A DNA stretch of 64,000 nucleotides from Amoebophrya sp. A120. Its lineage: Eukaryota > Protista > Dinoflagellata. The notes under the pieces were generated by a model. It saw nothing but the letters and a program-made list of their open reading frames with translations. It searched no databases and had not been told where the DNA came from. A program made the translations under genes and the position numbers. Positions 14,701 through 27,580 of the stretch are shown in pieces. Numbering within the stretch: position 1 is the first letter of the stretch; the number at the start of each line of letters is the position of its first letter. The stretch covers positions 3,983,706-4,047,705 of the forward strand of contig CAJINV010000001.1 of assembly GCA_905178155.1 (NCBI GenBank). The letters are read 5' to 3'.

Positions 14701-15995
14701 CCCTGGCGGAAGTGAATCCGGATCTGCAGGACTTTTTAGCGGGATCAATAGCAACAGCAGCCAAAACAAACTCAACAACAGCGTCCATATTAGTGCAGGA
14801 TGAATATTCCCCTCCAGAAGGACCCGCTTCGTCAGGCGGACGACGAGCGGCCTCGTCGCCGTATTTCGCAGCCTCTGGCGCGCTCCTTTTCGACGCCTTT
14901 TCGAAACTTAAGAGCGAGCACTTGTATTCGAAGCCAAAAGTAGTGGAGACCTCTGCGTTTCAGAAACCGGACCACAAGAACAATTACAACCGAACCCCAA
15001 AGTTCAACAACCAAAACAAGGAGGAGCCGGATCGGTATGTTGGCAGGGAAAAATGCGACTTCATAATCAACGGGATCAGTAAAGCGTTGTTGCTCAGCTT
15101 TGTGAAGGAGGACGAAAATAACAACAGTGAGGCTGCTGGTAGTGAAAGTAGCCGCAAGATGCTATCAAATGTAAAAATGTCTGGGTCTGGAAGAAAGCCA
15201 CGTTTGTCATGCATATTTTGTATGTCTCATGATGCTTGTAATGCATCACCTAGCATCACAGATTTTTAGAGGGCTTCCTGATGCCTCTCCCGCATGACAA
15301 ATGACCTCTCCGCGTAGCACAAACTGGACCCCTCTTGCTGGTCATGCAATACAGATTTTTTTCGAATTCAAAGACAGCATCACAAGTTGCAACCTTCCAG
15401 ACCCAGACATTTTTACATTTGATAGATGCCGCACTACTGCCAGCCTGTCGTGGACAACAGCGCGTCCCGGTTTATGGGAGTGTCAGGTTTGAAATCGACA
15501 AAGTTGAAATAATTTGTCATTGTCATGCATAAAATGCATGACCCGCGGCACGTGTGTTGCAGAGCAGGCAAGTGAGGCCGATTGTAAGCCTGTTTGGGGT
15601 TACAGCTCGAGCTGCTAAAGTAGCATGAGAAAATCGCTCTTCTTTGCCTAAACAGCATGACGCAGTGGATTTAGGGACCACCGAAATTTGTCTTGCGCCA
15701 CTTGGAAACTGGGTTCCAATTGGCATCCATTTTATGCATGACAAATTATTTCAACTTTGTTGATTTCAACTCTGACACATCCATACGGTTCCCGTTTCGG
15801 TCCTTCTACTTTCTGCCAACAGAATCCAGCAACCCCAATGTGCAGCAAAACCTGATCCGGAAATTTTTGGAATTCCAATTTTTCTGCATCATGGCTGGCA
15901 ATGTGAAGCCACCAGCGGGGGCGGAATTGGACCCCCATACGGCGCATGTATTGAGGTACACGGCCGATGAGGAGAGACCGACCACCAGCTCGTAG
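11786..15995 (+). CDS. ALG9: Alpha-1,2-mannosyltransferase ALG9 (GT22), multi-exon, three TIR introns
   Basis: DCDEVFNYWEP, GLQTWEYSEQYALRSYAY, SAMLPSTFFM, GWPFAAL, LYGVEPMTFYVKNL, HKEERFLFPVYP, QWHKFPSHFFL, FDGILP motifs. Confidence 0.9.
13272..13472. mobile_element. Introner/MITE (family D), non-canonical intron of ALG9
   Basis: TIR tatcgtgagaaaaaagtgttacagttacacatt / aatgtgtaactgtaacacttttttcttgtgata; DR tcgtg (13267-13271, 13473-13477); removal gives FALV-ALSSNRR. Confidence 0.9.
15163..15424. mobile_element. Introner/MITE family B, non-canonical intron of ALG9
   Basis: Perfect ~31-bp TIR tatcaaatgtaaaaatgtctgggtctggaag; DR gatgc (15158-15162, 15425-15429); removal gives SRKM-PHYCQPVVD. 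Confidence 0.92.
15473..15785. mobile_element. Introner/MITE (family E), non-canonical intron of ALG9
   Basis: ~48-bp imperfect TIR tatgggagtgtcaggtttgaaatcgacaaagttgaaataatttgtcat; DR cggtt (15468-15472, 15786-15790); removal gives ASR-FPFRSFYFLP. Confidence 0.92.
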
Positions 15996-16846
15996 GTCCA
16001 ATTCATTATTGATGGATCATTGCAAACGCAAAGCAGAGCAGCAATTATAGCAAGAAATGGAATTGCGTAGAAGTTGTCGTGAAGATACCCTCTTCGTCCT
16101 GTTAACCTGTCGCGCATGATAAAAGACGATGAGAAAAAAAAAATAGGACGAAAAGGCGCTGCTTGTAGCACTTTTGTGCGAGAAACTTGCTGTACCTAAA
16201 CACGATGAGCACGTAGACGGTGTTCTAATGAGCCGGCATGTTATTGCAGATCACCGGTCGACGTTACAGCACTAGGACCTGTTTGGGATCCCAAAATCAA
16301 AAACAAGATCGAACGCAACTCATCGTCACTTCTACTCCATCTTTCAATCATGAACATCATGTGAGATGCAAGATCTTGAAATAAAAGTAAGTACGAGTAG
16401 ATTAACATCGAAACGAAGATCACAAGTATTCATGTATTGTGCACTAGATTGTGTCGCTGGAAGCAGGTCCAGCTCGAGCGTAAAGAAAAATTGTATTGAT
16501 ATGGTGGGGCGACTAGTTGAAGATCCGATAACGATCCCTCTTGTTTACGTTCTCACCCGGCACATCAAAGTGGATCGGAGACACAGCTAGCAGGATTTTT
16601 AGTGCCATCGGACGATGACGAGACTAACATCAACAACAGCGACCTTCGGGGCGATGGAAATGGTGGGAAGACGTGATGAAACAAGAGTAAAAGAAAGTCA
16701 CCTCCTTGTCCTTTCATCATCTTTGTTCCGTTTCATCATTAGATTTTCTTACTCCTAGAAGACCGCGATACAACAAATTCAACTTAGCTTGGTCTGTACA
16801 ACGATTTCTTTACCTTCTATCAGCGACTGCTCTTCCTATCCAAAAA

Positions 16847-18007
16847 ATGGGCGGCGGTAAAGGGAAAGGCAAGGGCAAGGGAAAGCGGTTTTTCGACCGC
16901 AGCCAGCTGCCGCGGTCGGATAAGAATGGAAAGGGTATGCCCTTGTATCCTCCGGACGCGGACATGCGCGAGGTGCTCGAACAGCACCTGTACCGCGAGA
17001 GTGACCCGTTGCTGGACGTGAAGCTGCACCACCACTTCGTCCCAAACCGGCCACAGTTGAACCTCCTGAACCAACAGCGGACTTTCATGCAGAAGAATTT
17101 CAGCGGCACCGGAGATCAGGGAAGTGCAAAGCACTGGCGGGCGAGCGGGACAACGGCGGGAGACAGTAGCAGCAGCACAAACAGCACGGCGATTAATATC
17201 CCAAGCTGTTCGAATGGCGCGCCGATGGGCGGTCTGTTTAACCAGACGGAGCTGGCAGCTCTGGCCCGGGCTGCGCACGAACAGGTATTGGAGCAAAAAG
17301 CTAGAAAATTAGCAATGTCAACGAAAGCAGGAGCTCCAGCGAAATTAGGGACTACAAATAAGACGACCAGTGACCAACAACAGAAACAAGGATTGAAATC
17401 AACCAAAATGGAAATAAACAAAAGCAAGCTGACTTCAAGCAACAAACGACGTCGCAAGGACAGTGCGAGCAGCGAGGACGGAGCGCACCACGAATCTGCC
17501 GATAGCGACGACGCAGCCGGCCAGGATGACGACGACGTGGACGACGAAGATGAAAATCAAAATGAAAACTCAGCACTGATTCCGAAGCACGTTAACCCGC
17601 AGAACTATTTCGAAGCGATGCGACTTCAAAATCTCGTCGTCGGTGCGGAATATTTTCCGGCAGAGCTTGTCGACCCGCAATTGCACCACACATCCTCACG
17701 CAAACAAACAAGTACGAAGAAGCGAAAGAAGGATCTCCAAGAGGCGGCAGGAACCGACGACGATGGCGACGACAACGAAGATGATCTCTCTGAGGATGAG
17801 GACGAAAAGTCCGGCAACGAGCAGGACGATGCAAACCGGTCGGAAAAAGACGAGGACGAGAACTCGGACGCCGAGAATCTGAGCGAAAACGCGGACGACG
17901 GCGACGAGTTCTTTGGGGACGAAGACTACCTGGACGGCTTCGCCGACGCGGACGCAAACGATTTTGGAGAGGTGGAAGAGGGCGGGGGCAACGCTTACGA
18001 GGACTAG
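16847..18007 (+). CDS. Probable RNA polymerase III subunit RPC31/RPC7-like protein
   Basis: G/K-rich N-terminus, PLYPP, YFPAEL and long acidic tail ending DEDYLDGFADAD..GGGNAYED match the RPC31 family layout. Confidence 0.55.
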   Translation: MGGGKGKGKGKGKRFFDRSQLPRSDKNGKGMPLYPPDADMREVLEQHLYRESDPLLDVKLHHHFVPNRPQLNLLNQQRTFMQKNFSGTGDQGSAKHWRASGTTAGDSSSSTNSTAINIPSCSNGAPMGGLFNQTELAALARAAHEQVLEQKARKLAMSTKAGAPAKLGTTNKTTSDQQQKQGLKSTKMEINKSKLTSSNKRRRKDSASSEDGAHHESADSDDAAGQDDDDVDDEDENQNENSALIPKHVNPQNYFEAMRLQNLVVGAEYFPAELVDPQLHHTSSRKQTSTKKRKKDLQEAAGTDDDGDDNEDDLSEDEDEKSGNEQDDANRSEKDEDENSDAENLSENADDGDEFFGDEDYLDGFADADANDFGEVEEGGGNAYED

Positions 18008-18751
18008 AGGACAAACGGACGGACGAAGGTGTTGCTTCACGAAGACAGTTGTCTATACTTGCATGTCCATGTTATTTCCTTTGGCGACAATGTTTGTTCT
18101 CACATTTACTTGAGCGCAATGATAAGCTTGAGCACCACGCAAAAGCAATAAATACAGCAACACTGGTGCTGGCTTGACCACACCGCAAGAAACAATTGCA
18201 GGCCCATGCCATTGATTGATTGACGTCATAGATGAAGTGTTCGACTTCGAACGGTCAAACCACATCTCAACAAATACCAAACCTTCACGTTGACCTTCGC
18301 TGGTGTTGTGTCGTCAACCTTTTCGTATTCCTCGTAATCGTTGTCGTCTCAGACAGAAGGCATGTGCCAAGCATCTGTTGAGAAAGCTGGAGCTCTTGTG
18401 TGTCTCTTCTTCGGTCTTGACGAAGAGGATCTCGATCTCCCAGCCGATCCACTCAATTCGTCCGGTAAAATCGGACAGCAGAAGCAGAGTGCTACTGCTA
18501 CTCTAGAGGACATTGTCGACCAGTCACACTCTGAGCGAGGACAAGAGAGTGCGGCTTAGCGAGGCTTTTATGTGTTGGGAGATACAAAGGAACCGAATAC
18601 AGTAGACCGAGTATTGTCTCTGCTGCTCGCTCGGGTGGCGTGGCCGCAACGAGCACGAGGCGGCCGTCGTGTTGTTTTTGATTCTTTTTAGTTCTTTTAG
18701 TGTCGTAGTTTCTCGTTCGCAGAAGTAAAACAGGGAGATAGGTGGAAAAAA

Positions 18752-19975
18752 ATGGTGCGGATTTTGGAAACTATCGGTTGGCAGGAAGTGAAAACCGAAG
18801 TGGGCAAGTACTACTGGTGCGAAAAAGAAGAAAGGTGTCAGTCAAAACCGCCACTGTACGAAGTTCTTGGCCTGCTCTCCGCGCCGAGCTCGGATGGAGC
18901 ACACACAAGACACCAGATATTCAAAGCGTATAAAAAATGTAGGCCACGGTGTGTGTAGTATGCCTTTTGAGCAGTTGCAGTTCAACTTGAATTTTAATGC
19001 TCGATGAAAATCAAAATATAAATAGCTCGAGCTCCTGACACACAGGCAACATGACGATGTGTATTAGAATTGATGCTGTTGCCTGCGTTTTTAACTTTAC
19101 CCGAAAGGAAACTGGCAACTTAAACTTTCAGATACCAAGAGAAGCTAGCTGAATTTGGGGAGGATACAGGGTCGAAGGATCTGCTGCTAGAAGCCTACAC
19201 AACCCTCACAGACGTCGAAGCCAGAGCAGTTTACGATTGCAGTATTTTTCTTTGCGTCGTCTTCGAGGATTCACGACTCAGATAAATAGTGATACATACT
19301 TAGATTGTTGCTGATGCATCACGCTTGATACTGAAAGAACGAGAAGTGCGTCAAAGCTGAATGCAACAAAGGAAGATTCAAAACGAAAAATAAGGCACAA
19401 CGTCGGAAGCCGCACGGAATGCCGCGGCAGGCTTGACCGCTCGCCACCTGAGCACGATAAAATGCGAACCGATCTACGTACCCCCCGAAGAGACGCCCGC
19501 ACCTGAGGAGGGTGGATAGGGTTTTCAAACTGATGTTTGCCATGATGAGACGGTGTCTATGCCTTCGCCTACCTCCTCCCATGGTTCATCTTCAGAGTCA
19601 GAGACATGGCCATGGGTAGAAGCAAAACGAAGCTAGCCAATGTCGGTTTACAGTGCGCATTCCGCATAGTTGTAGCTACTTGCGATATATAGGACATCAT
19701 CCTGGTGCTGGTCCTGCCACTGCCTATATCAGAGTCTGTCTCGTCTCTGGTGCAGATCCAGCATTTGCGCATGACAGGACGCATCAACATTATTTGATGA
19801 TGTTCCGTGGTGCGTTGACTGGAATCATGACTGGTGTTCATCGGTTGTAGTACAAATGCATTCGTCCAGCTGAAGCTGAAGAAGTTTCTGGCAATTGGCA
19901 AAGTTAAAGTCGACGTGCTGCTGTTGGCCGAGTCTAGTTTCATAGAAGAGCCAAAAAAATTGGAAAAAGCTTGAA
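18752..19975 (+). CDS. WW-like + J-like domain protein (3' exon structure uncertain)
   Basis: GWQEVKTEVGKYYW; LYEVLGL...IFKAYKK; after intron 18949-19131 LLEAYTTLTDVEARAVYD; no HPD. Confidence 0.45.
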
Positions 19976-20597
19976 GCTAGATAGGAGCGAATGTTCGGAC
20001 GAATCTGGTATATTAGCCCATGCACAGGAAAGTCGGTCCTCGCTCGTCGTCCACATCACCAGGAATTTAAAGAAAAGACTTGTAGAAGAAGTACGTCCTG
20101 AAGCACCACTGAGCTGCATACTGCTTACAACTTATTTCACCGGACTGTAGTTGATGTCGTTGAGAGATTTATTCGCTTTGCTCTCTGTCTCGTTCCTCGG
20201 ACCTCGTTTCAATGCGATAGTTGCAAGTTTTAGTGCCTATTTTAGAAAATTATCATTCCACTATTTGAAGACCAAATACAGGTCCACCATTTTGCAACCA
20301 CCACCAGCACCACAACTTCCCCCCTACTATTTTTCTTCCCGCGTATTTGCTGCTTTGTTGCCTTTGTTTCTGCCTTTTTGGAGGACGTTTACCTTTACGA
20401 CGAGCAGCCGCGTTTTGTACACTATTTATCCCCCCCGACCAGCTACACTAGTACCTCCTCATCTTGCTGTCGAATTATTTCTTTGAAGAAAGGCCATTAG
20501 TTTTGTTGAAAATCGAAATCCTCGAGTCTGGCAGAAACAAAAAAATCGTAACCGATTCGTTTTGAACGTGTAAGAAAGAGAGATATACGCACCGAAA

Positions 20598-21160
20598 ATG
20601 GCTTCGGTGCAGAAGGAATCCACATTTGAGAAGCGATCCGCCGAGGCAAGGCGCATCCTTGCCAAGTACCCGGATCGCATTCCAGTTATCTGCGAGAAGG
20701 CGGCGCGGTCAGACCTCCCAGATATCGACAAGAAGAAGTTTTTGGTACTACTCATACTCTAGTTTCTTCTCTATGTTGCTGACCGGATTGGAGCTTTTTT
20801 TAGTTTTTACTGACGAAGAAGTACATCATGCAGGGAGGAGCTGGATGAACTTCAACATCAAAACATACTAAACAACAATTCTGTATCGAGATTTCTGAAA
20901 CAACTTTCTGTCACCTCGCAAAACCAACACGACAGGTTCCGGATACGATGCTCTGCGGGCAGTTTAAGTATATCATCCACAAGCACATCAATCAATGCGC
21001 TACTGCGGGGAGCCAAATCAGTGCGGACCAGACAATCTACCTTTTCGTGAACAACACCTCGCCAAAAACGGGGGCGCTGATGAGCGAAATCTACGACTCC
21101 TACAAAGCAGACGATGGTTTTCTCTACATCACCTATTCGGCGGAAAACACGCTAGGGTAG
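20598..21160 (+). CDS. ATG8: Autophagy protein ATG8 (2 exons, intron 20745-20935)
   Basis: [21 protein letters not shown]|[17 protein letters not shown]. Confidence 0.95.
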
Positions 21161-23041
21161 AAGAGAGGACGGGGAGGTTGATGGAGAGAGAAAAATGGGA
21201 ACAAGAACTTCTAGCACCACGCGTTTGATGTTCGAAACAAAAATTTTGAAAGGAACAACTAAAAACACACAGAAAGGAAGTAGATGTAGAGCAACATCCT
21301 CAAGAAGGATCGAAACCAGGACCGACCGCAATAATACTCAGTCTCTATGAAAATGAAGTCAAGTCGTAGTGGGAGACCGCTGCTGCAGCTGCGGGAAGGC
21401 AGTGCCAATGTGCTGGGAGAAGTGAAACTGCGCAGACAAGCAGATGGAAAACGGTCTGCTGCATTTTGCTCGCACCCATCGATCTGGCTCGCATTTCTCG
21501 AAGTAGTAGTTTCAGCAAGTAGCGGGCGCAAAAAAGCGACGCTGTGAACAATTCTCGTGCGCAAACGCTGATAGCTTAAGCTTGTCGAAAAACTTCATTT
21601 TTTGATTTTTTGAAAATAAATCCGAAAGATGGGTGGAGGGCGAAGGACCACTGCCACATGAGGTCGAGGGCAATGTTACGTGTCGATCTCTACAACATCG
21701 GGATCGTGTCTCAGATCTTCTGGTAGTTTAATTGATAGTTGGGGTGCATGACTGACAAGCAGCATTCTTTTTTGGATCCTATTTCATAGGCCTAAAACTT
21801 TGCAACCGCACCACCGTAAAAATAATCACGAAGTTATGAAGATCCGGATCTCGTCTTCCCTGTGACTTGAGTATTCACAGACAAAACAACTACGTTTTAT
21901 CGCACTACAACTTTTGTTTTTACGAGCTGGAGAACCCTGTGTTTGCGCAAAAGAGCGTCACGCTTGCCTCACTTCCTCGCCGCTTGTTTGCAGGAAATTC
22001 CCTGTTTACTATCATATTTTTACACAGATTGATAGTAGTTAGAAGCCAGTCGCCTGGTGCTTTGACAGCCGTGCTTTTTCCACTATCACACCAATGAATG
22101 TACAAAAGCTTTCGCCACCTGGTGCTGGTTTTCCTTGCCTATTTTTAGGTACCTTCAATTTTAGAACTACTACATGAAATCTACTACGATGGTGTTGCCT
22201 ACTCCTACCGTGAGCCTACTGATCACTGGTATTGGAGCTCTTGTTGTGCAAGCCAACCGCTCCTCCGTTGCACGGAGTTATTTTTTAAGTTTGTGCTCCT
22301 GGTATACTTGTTGTGACAAAAAAGATTATCGCAGAGCAAAGTCATTGCCTTGCCTACAGGATAGAACCCTGTCGCGTGTAGTTTTCCAATGAATTTTTTT
22401 ACAGACGTTCGGCAAAAGTATACAAATACGTGGCGACGTGACTACGACCACCAGAAGGAAAAGTTGCCTTGTTTGGCGCTGATCCGAATGGAATTTGTAG
22501 TAAATGTGTTGCGACGACGACGAGCAGACAATCTCCTGATAACTTGGACGTTGAAGTTGATCCTGTTTGGTCTTAAAGAGTGCCTGATAGTAGGGCCACA
22601 AAGAGAAGGATCGAAGGGTAGCGGCCGCAATGACCGAGAAGTGGTTCATGAGCATGAAGATCAAAAAAGGCTAAGGCTTCAAGAACCGCCGGAAGTGTTA
22701 TGATCTGTTAGCTCTACTTGTTAAGGTCGTGACCGTGTCGTCTCTTGTCGGTAGTTTGCCAGCGCCAGCCAGCATAGTGCTATTACGTTGTTTCGCAATC
22801 ACAGTTCAGACACATATTAGTATTACAAAGACTCGCCACTGCTGTTGCATGTGGTTGTGCCTTAAATATCTTCGCCACGACGACATAAATACCACCTTAA
22901 CCACCTGCACCAAACAATAATCACGATTTCGATGAGGTCGCGCCGTAGTTTGAAATTCTCTCCAAAGACGAGCATCAATGCCGCACATGCAGTCCTTTGT
23001 AGAAGCTCCCTGAAGATTTTACGATCCTGAAACTAAAGATA

Positions 23042-23878
23042 ATGGCGTTTCGTCTCTCCGCGGAATCTCGCTTGATCCGCAATGTGACGCACCTCTGTCA
23101 GCGGGATGCAATCGCGTTGGATGAGAAACTCTTCGAGTGTTTCTCGGTGGACAGTCTGATGGAGCTCGCCGGTCTCGCGTGCGCGCAAGCAATTGTCAAG
23201 GAGTTCCCCGACCGCAAAACAAAAACCTACATTTTTGCTGGGCCAGGGAACAACGGTGGAGACGGACTGGTGGCCGCACGCCACTTGCACCATTTCGGGT
23301 ACAAGGACCTGAAAGTGTGGTACCCGAAAAGACGAGCAGATAGCGCGTTGTTCGAAAATCTGGTCAAGCAGCTAGAACAGCTGGAGATACCAGTGCTAGT
23401 AAAGGAAGAAGATGTGTTATTTTCAACACCACGGCAAAATGACGACGCGCATGCGGTTGAAGACGAGCCGGATGTGTTCATAGACGCGATATTTGGGTTT
23501 TCTTTTCGAGGGTGGCGCGGCGCCGGGAAAGACGCACCTTTCGACAGAATGGTCCAGTATCTAGCACAAACCAAAAAGCCGGTGGTGTCGCTTGACATTC
23601 CCTCGGGATGGGAAGTAGATGGCAGAGAGGACGAAATACGTCACGAATTGATGGGAGGAGAGCAGATGACCTCCCAGTCACAGGAGACTAGTACGTCGGC
23701 TACAAGAAATATCGTCGGAACAAAAATCAACCCACACATGCTGATCTCATTAACGGCTCCAAAACTTGCCGCGTCTTCGTACACGGGAATTCACTACGTA
23801 GGGGGGCGGTTTGTGCCGGAGAGCTTCGGGTTGACATTGCCCACTTTTCACGACTGTGATGCTATCGCGAAACTATGA
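23042..23878 (+). CDS. NAXE: NAD(P)HX epimerase (YjeF_N family)
   Basis: LMELAGLACA, GPGNNGGDGLVAARHL, DAIFGFSF, SLDIPSGW, LISLTAPK, HYVGGRFVP. Confidence 0.93.
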   Translation: MAFRLSAESRLIRNVTHLCQRDAIALDEKLFECFSVDSLMELAGLACAQAIVKEFPDRKTKTYIFAGPGNNGGDGLVAARHLHHFGYKDLKVWYPKRRADSALFENLVKQLEQLEIPVLVKEEDVLFSTPRQNDDAHAVEDEPDVFIDAIFGFSFRGWRGAGKDAPFDRMVQYLAQTKKPVVSLDIPSGWEVDGREDEIRHELMGGEQMTSQSQETSTSATRNIVGTKINPHMLISLTAPKLAASSYTGIHYVGGRFVPESFGLTLPTFHDCDAIAKL

Positions 23879-24647
23879 TACCTGAAGTGATATGCGAGCC
23901 GTTCAGGTTGAAGAAAGTACCACGTTTGATATCTTCGACGTCGCGATCATGGACGATAGAGACAAATCTCAAAGGTCGGTATGCGAGCCGAAGGTTGTTG
24001 AACCCCTCATCTCGTAAAGACTCCACGTCTCTGTGGTGCACTGGTCATTTGTCGTTTTGCAGTTTTACGATTGGAATGAAATGAGTCAACATTGTCTGCA
24101 AGAAGAGCAACTACAAGACGACGACCGCCACGAAGAATAGCATGATCAAAAATTGAACCAGATGAGGCTCTCGACGTCTAAAAATTGCAAAGATCATTTA
24201 CCTCATTGTGCCTTTAGTGCTACTCATTTTCTCGTCTTTCCAGTGAAGATCCGTCGACGATCAGGGTCTTTTGAGATCTAGCCCCTGGACCGAATCGCAC
24301 GCTTGGTGCCAGGTAGATGATGTTGCTCATTAGATAATGTTAGTGACACCTCCTCGTGTTTCTTACTCTAAAATGAACACCACTGCTGTCATCTCTCGCT
24401 CCAGGAAGTCAATAATTTGGAGGCATAATAATTTTGTTCATATTGATCAATGACACAACAGACAGACACAAAGTATGAAAGAAAGTGAAATTTGTGAGCC
24501 TTGAAGCCGCCGTGTCTTTGTTCCCCACTTCAAGACGTCGAAAGCTCATCAAGTCCAAGTGAGTGAAGTAGATACTAGCTCTAGCACGAGCATTTCTATC
24601 TCGAGCTCCCCACATTAATTGCTTTTTGTTTTCAAACATCCCCGACC

Positions 24648-27580
24648 ATGAACGCGACAAGTGTGAATAGCGCGGCGACCACTACCTCTACCGGCGAGCC
24701 TGCCGCCAAGCGAACCAAGACGGACCAGCCGACGCCGACATTCCACAATAATGTGACGGCGGCGACGCACAAGATGTCGGTCAGTGTCGCGGCGCCGGCG
24801 CAGCATCTTCATGCTAGTAGCAGCAACCAGCAGTACAACATCAGCAACGCGCAGGCCCAACACAACAACACCTGGTATAACCCCCCGCGAGCAAATGCGA
24901 ACTCTAATGGGTGGAATGTGTACCCGAAAAACATGAATAAAACATTGGTGTTGAACAATAACGTGAACAAAACCCTAGTGAACAATAACAACAGCGACAG
25001 CAAACAACAGGATAGAAAGAAGAATACAACTAGTAGTAGTTCTAATTTACTGGCGGCGCATGCTGGAGCTGCACCTGCTTCGAGCAACACGAACACCACC
25101 AGTACAATTGGACAGACGACCACTACACCAAGTTCAGCAACTTCTGCCCAACCAGCAAAAGCATCGGCGATCGGTAGCAACGCTCTGAAAAACAATATGA
25201 GCAAGCCTGGCTTATCTGCACCGACGTCATCATCAACCCATTCCGCAGCAGGAGCTCCACAAGGACAACACCAGCACATCACAACTCCCGCAGCTGCCAT
25301 CCAGCAACAGAATTTTTTATCCAAGCCGAAAAATTATCAACAACAACATGCGACCGCTGGTGCGCAAAATAGAGGCACAACTACTGTGACAGTGAAGCCA
25401 GCAAAGAACGCAAGCCCCCCGGCGTCCTCGCTGGAAACAAGTATCAATCATGACAAAGATCTTGGTCTTGCCGCGCGTTCGAAGCTGAGCAAATACACGC
25501 AGGAGGCGATTTATCACATCTCCAACGCGGCGTTTGTGGGGATCGATTTCGAGTTCTCGGGGTTGTTCGTGAACCAAGGCAACATGGCGAGATTCAAGAC
25601 ATTCGACAAATACTGGGAAGAAGTTTCGGAAAACACTCAAATCTTTGCTCCCATAGAGCTCGGCTTGAGCTGTTACATGGCCCATGAAGATAAATACCAC
25701 ACTTACTCCTGGTAGGAAATAAGTGTTGCTCGTGCTTCAAAAGATATACATACACATAGTACTTGGAATTGGATGCCTTTTATGTACATTTTTAGCAGGG
25801 CGAGGTAAAGGTATGACCGGCGCTCATCTTCTACGCCAGCCACGTTCCCGCTCGGCATGAACTTGAACGAGAATGAAAAAAATTAAAGGCGAAACTACGC
25901 ATAATGTGGTGATAAAGAACGTCCTCCGAACTTCAATTCTTTTTCATTGAGTTTTGCTCTTATCAAGCAAGCCCCTCCATGATCAAATTCATTTCAGGAA
26001 GATGCAGCCGGACCGTATTTTCTCTATGTCGCGCGAGAGCATGCAGTTTGTGCAGAACACTGCGAATTTCGACTTCAATGACTGGGTCAGGACGAAAAAT
26101 ATAGTGAAGCGCGCCGGGTGCTTCGAGGGCTACCGCAAGGCCGTCGAACTCGACCACGTCATCCACGCACTGCTTTACCGTCCGGAATACGATCCGTACC
26201 TAGGAAAAACAACAGCCGGATCTTCGATGCAGAGTGGTCCTCCTGCTTCTGAGGCGACACTTGGACAACAGCACGAGAAAAGCAGTGTCGTCACCTCGGC
26301 AAGTGCAAGTGGGTCCTCCGTCGTGCCCGTTGCGATTGCAGCCCCAGGCGCAGCTGCAGCGTTGACAACTACCGGAGACAAAGAGCAGGAAAGAAAAACG
26401 GATCATGTTGACGCGAAGAACAGTACAACTGCGGTAGAAAAAGTCAATGTGAAGCCCCCTCCCTCGCGACTTGTGTTTCACCATGGCATTTTCGACATTT
26501 GCCATCTGTATCACACGTTTTTCGGCGACTTGAGCAAGGTGGAAAACGCGACAGCCGGGTTTCTGAAGTCCTGGACCGGCTTGATCGGTCAACGTATTGT
26601 CGTTTACGACACCCGGCACGTGATGCGGGCAGGTATAAGTTTGTGGCCGATTTGTGCTTCGACGAATTTTTCCTTCGTTATTTCGTCTAAATCGCTTCCA
26701 CGATATATTTTTCGCAGGTAAGCTAAGCGTTTTCCGGTACGCAGACAATACTTTAGCTTTGCAGGCTCTGTACGATTTCTTCTGCCCGACCGGGCCCAAG
26801 TTCAATGCCCATTGTGCCGGAGATGACGCCGAAATGACCGCTCGCATTTTCTTCCAAATGGCCACGAGGTGGCATGAGCACCATGTTGCAAACGAGGCGG
26901 CAGGCGGTAGTTCTGCAAATCAGACCGCTCAACAAGGTGGAGGGCAAGCACAGCAGAAGCTGCAGAAAAAGACCACCAAGAGCAAGAAGAAGGGAAGTAA
27001 GAAGAGTAAGACTAAGAGCAGCAAGAAAAGCAAAAGCAAAAAGGTTTCTTCCTCCACCGCGAAGGCAGAGCCGGCCGCGGCCACAGCTCCTTCATCTACG
27101 AGTGAGTCAAAGTCCTCAGCGTCGTCTGCTGATCCTCCTGTTGACGCCCCAGCTTCTGCATCCCGGGATAATGAAAAGATAAACTTCGAGAACAAACAAG
27201 CGAATACCGGCGCGACCCCCGGTGAGTCGGTAGCAGCTGCACACCCTCAACCACAAGAAGGCTCATCCGCGGCGAAGGAGACCGGCGCTGTTGCAGCACC
27301 CGTTGAAAAAGAAAACGAAGGTGAAGCAGAGGACGCTGAAGACACGACTTCGAGTAGCGAGGACACGGATGAATCCTCGAGCGACGACGAGTCTGAAGAG
27401 TTAGAAGAAACAGTTCCCTCCTGCGAGCATCTGTGGGGTAACCTCTGGAAATACGAGAACTGCATCTCAGGGTTCGGCGCGGCGCCGCAATGGTTTCGTG
27501 TGGCCCACGAGAAAAAACCGATTGTGACGGCGAACAAAGCGACGTCCTCTGCGCAGCCAGCTGCTACAGCGTTCACCTGA
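24648..27580 (+). CDS. CAF1-family (PARN/PNLDC1-like) DEDDh ribonuclease with low-complexity extensions
   Basis: AFVGIDFEFSGL, IELGLSC, NFDFNDWV, LVFHHGIFDICHLYHTF, YDTRHV, HCAGDDAEMTARIF; GT-AG introns. Confidence 0.8.

Noticed and set aside
9097-15995. Proteasome alpha-7 and ALG9 as TE-disrupted pseudogenes
   Set aside because: No other lesions were seen and every insertion is cleanly removable in frame. This is not formally excluded without RNA data.
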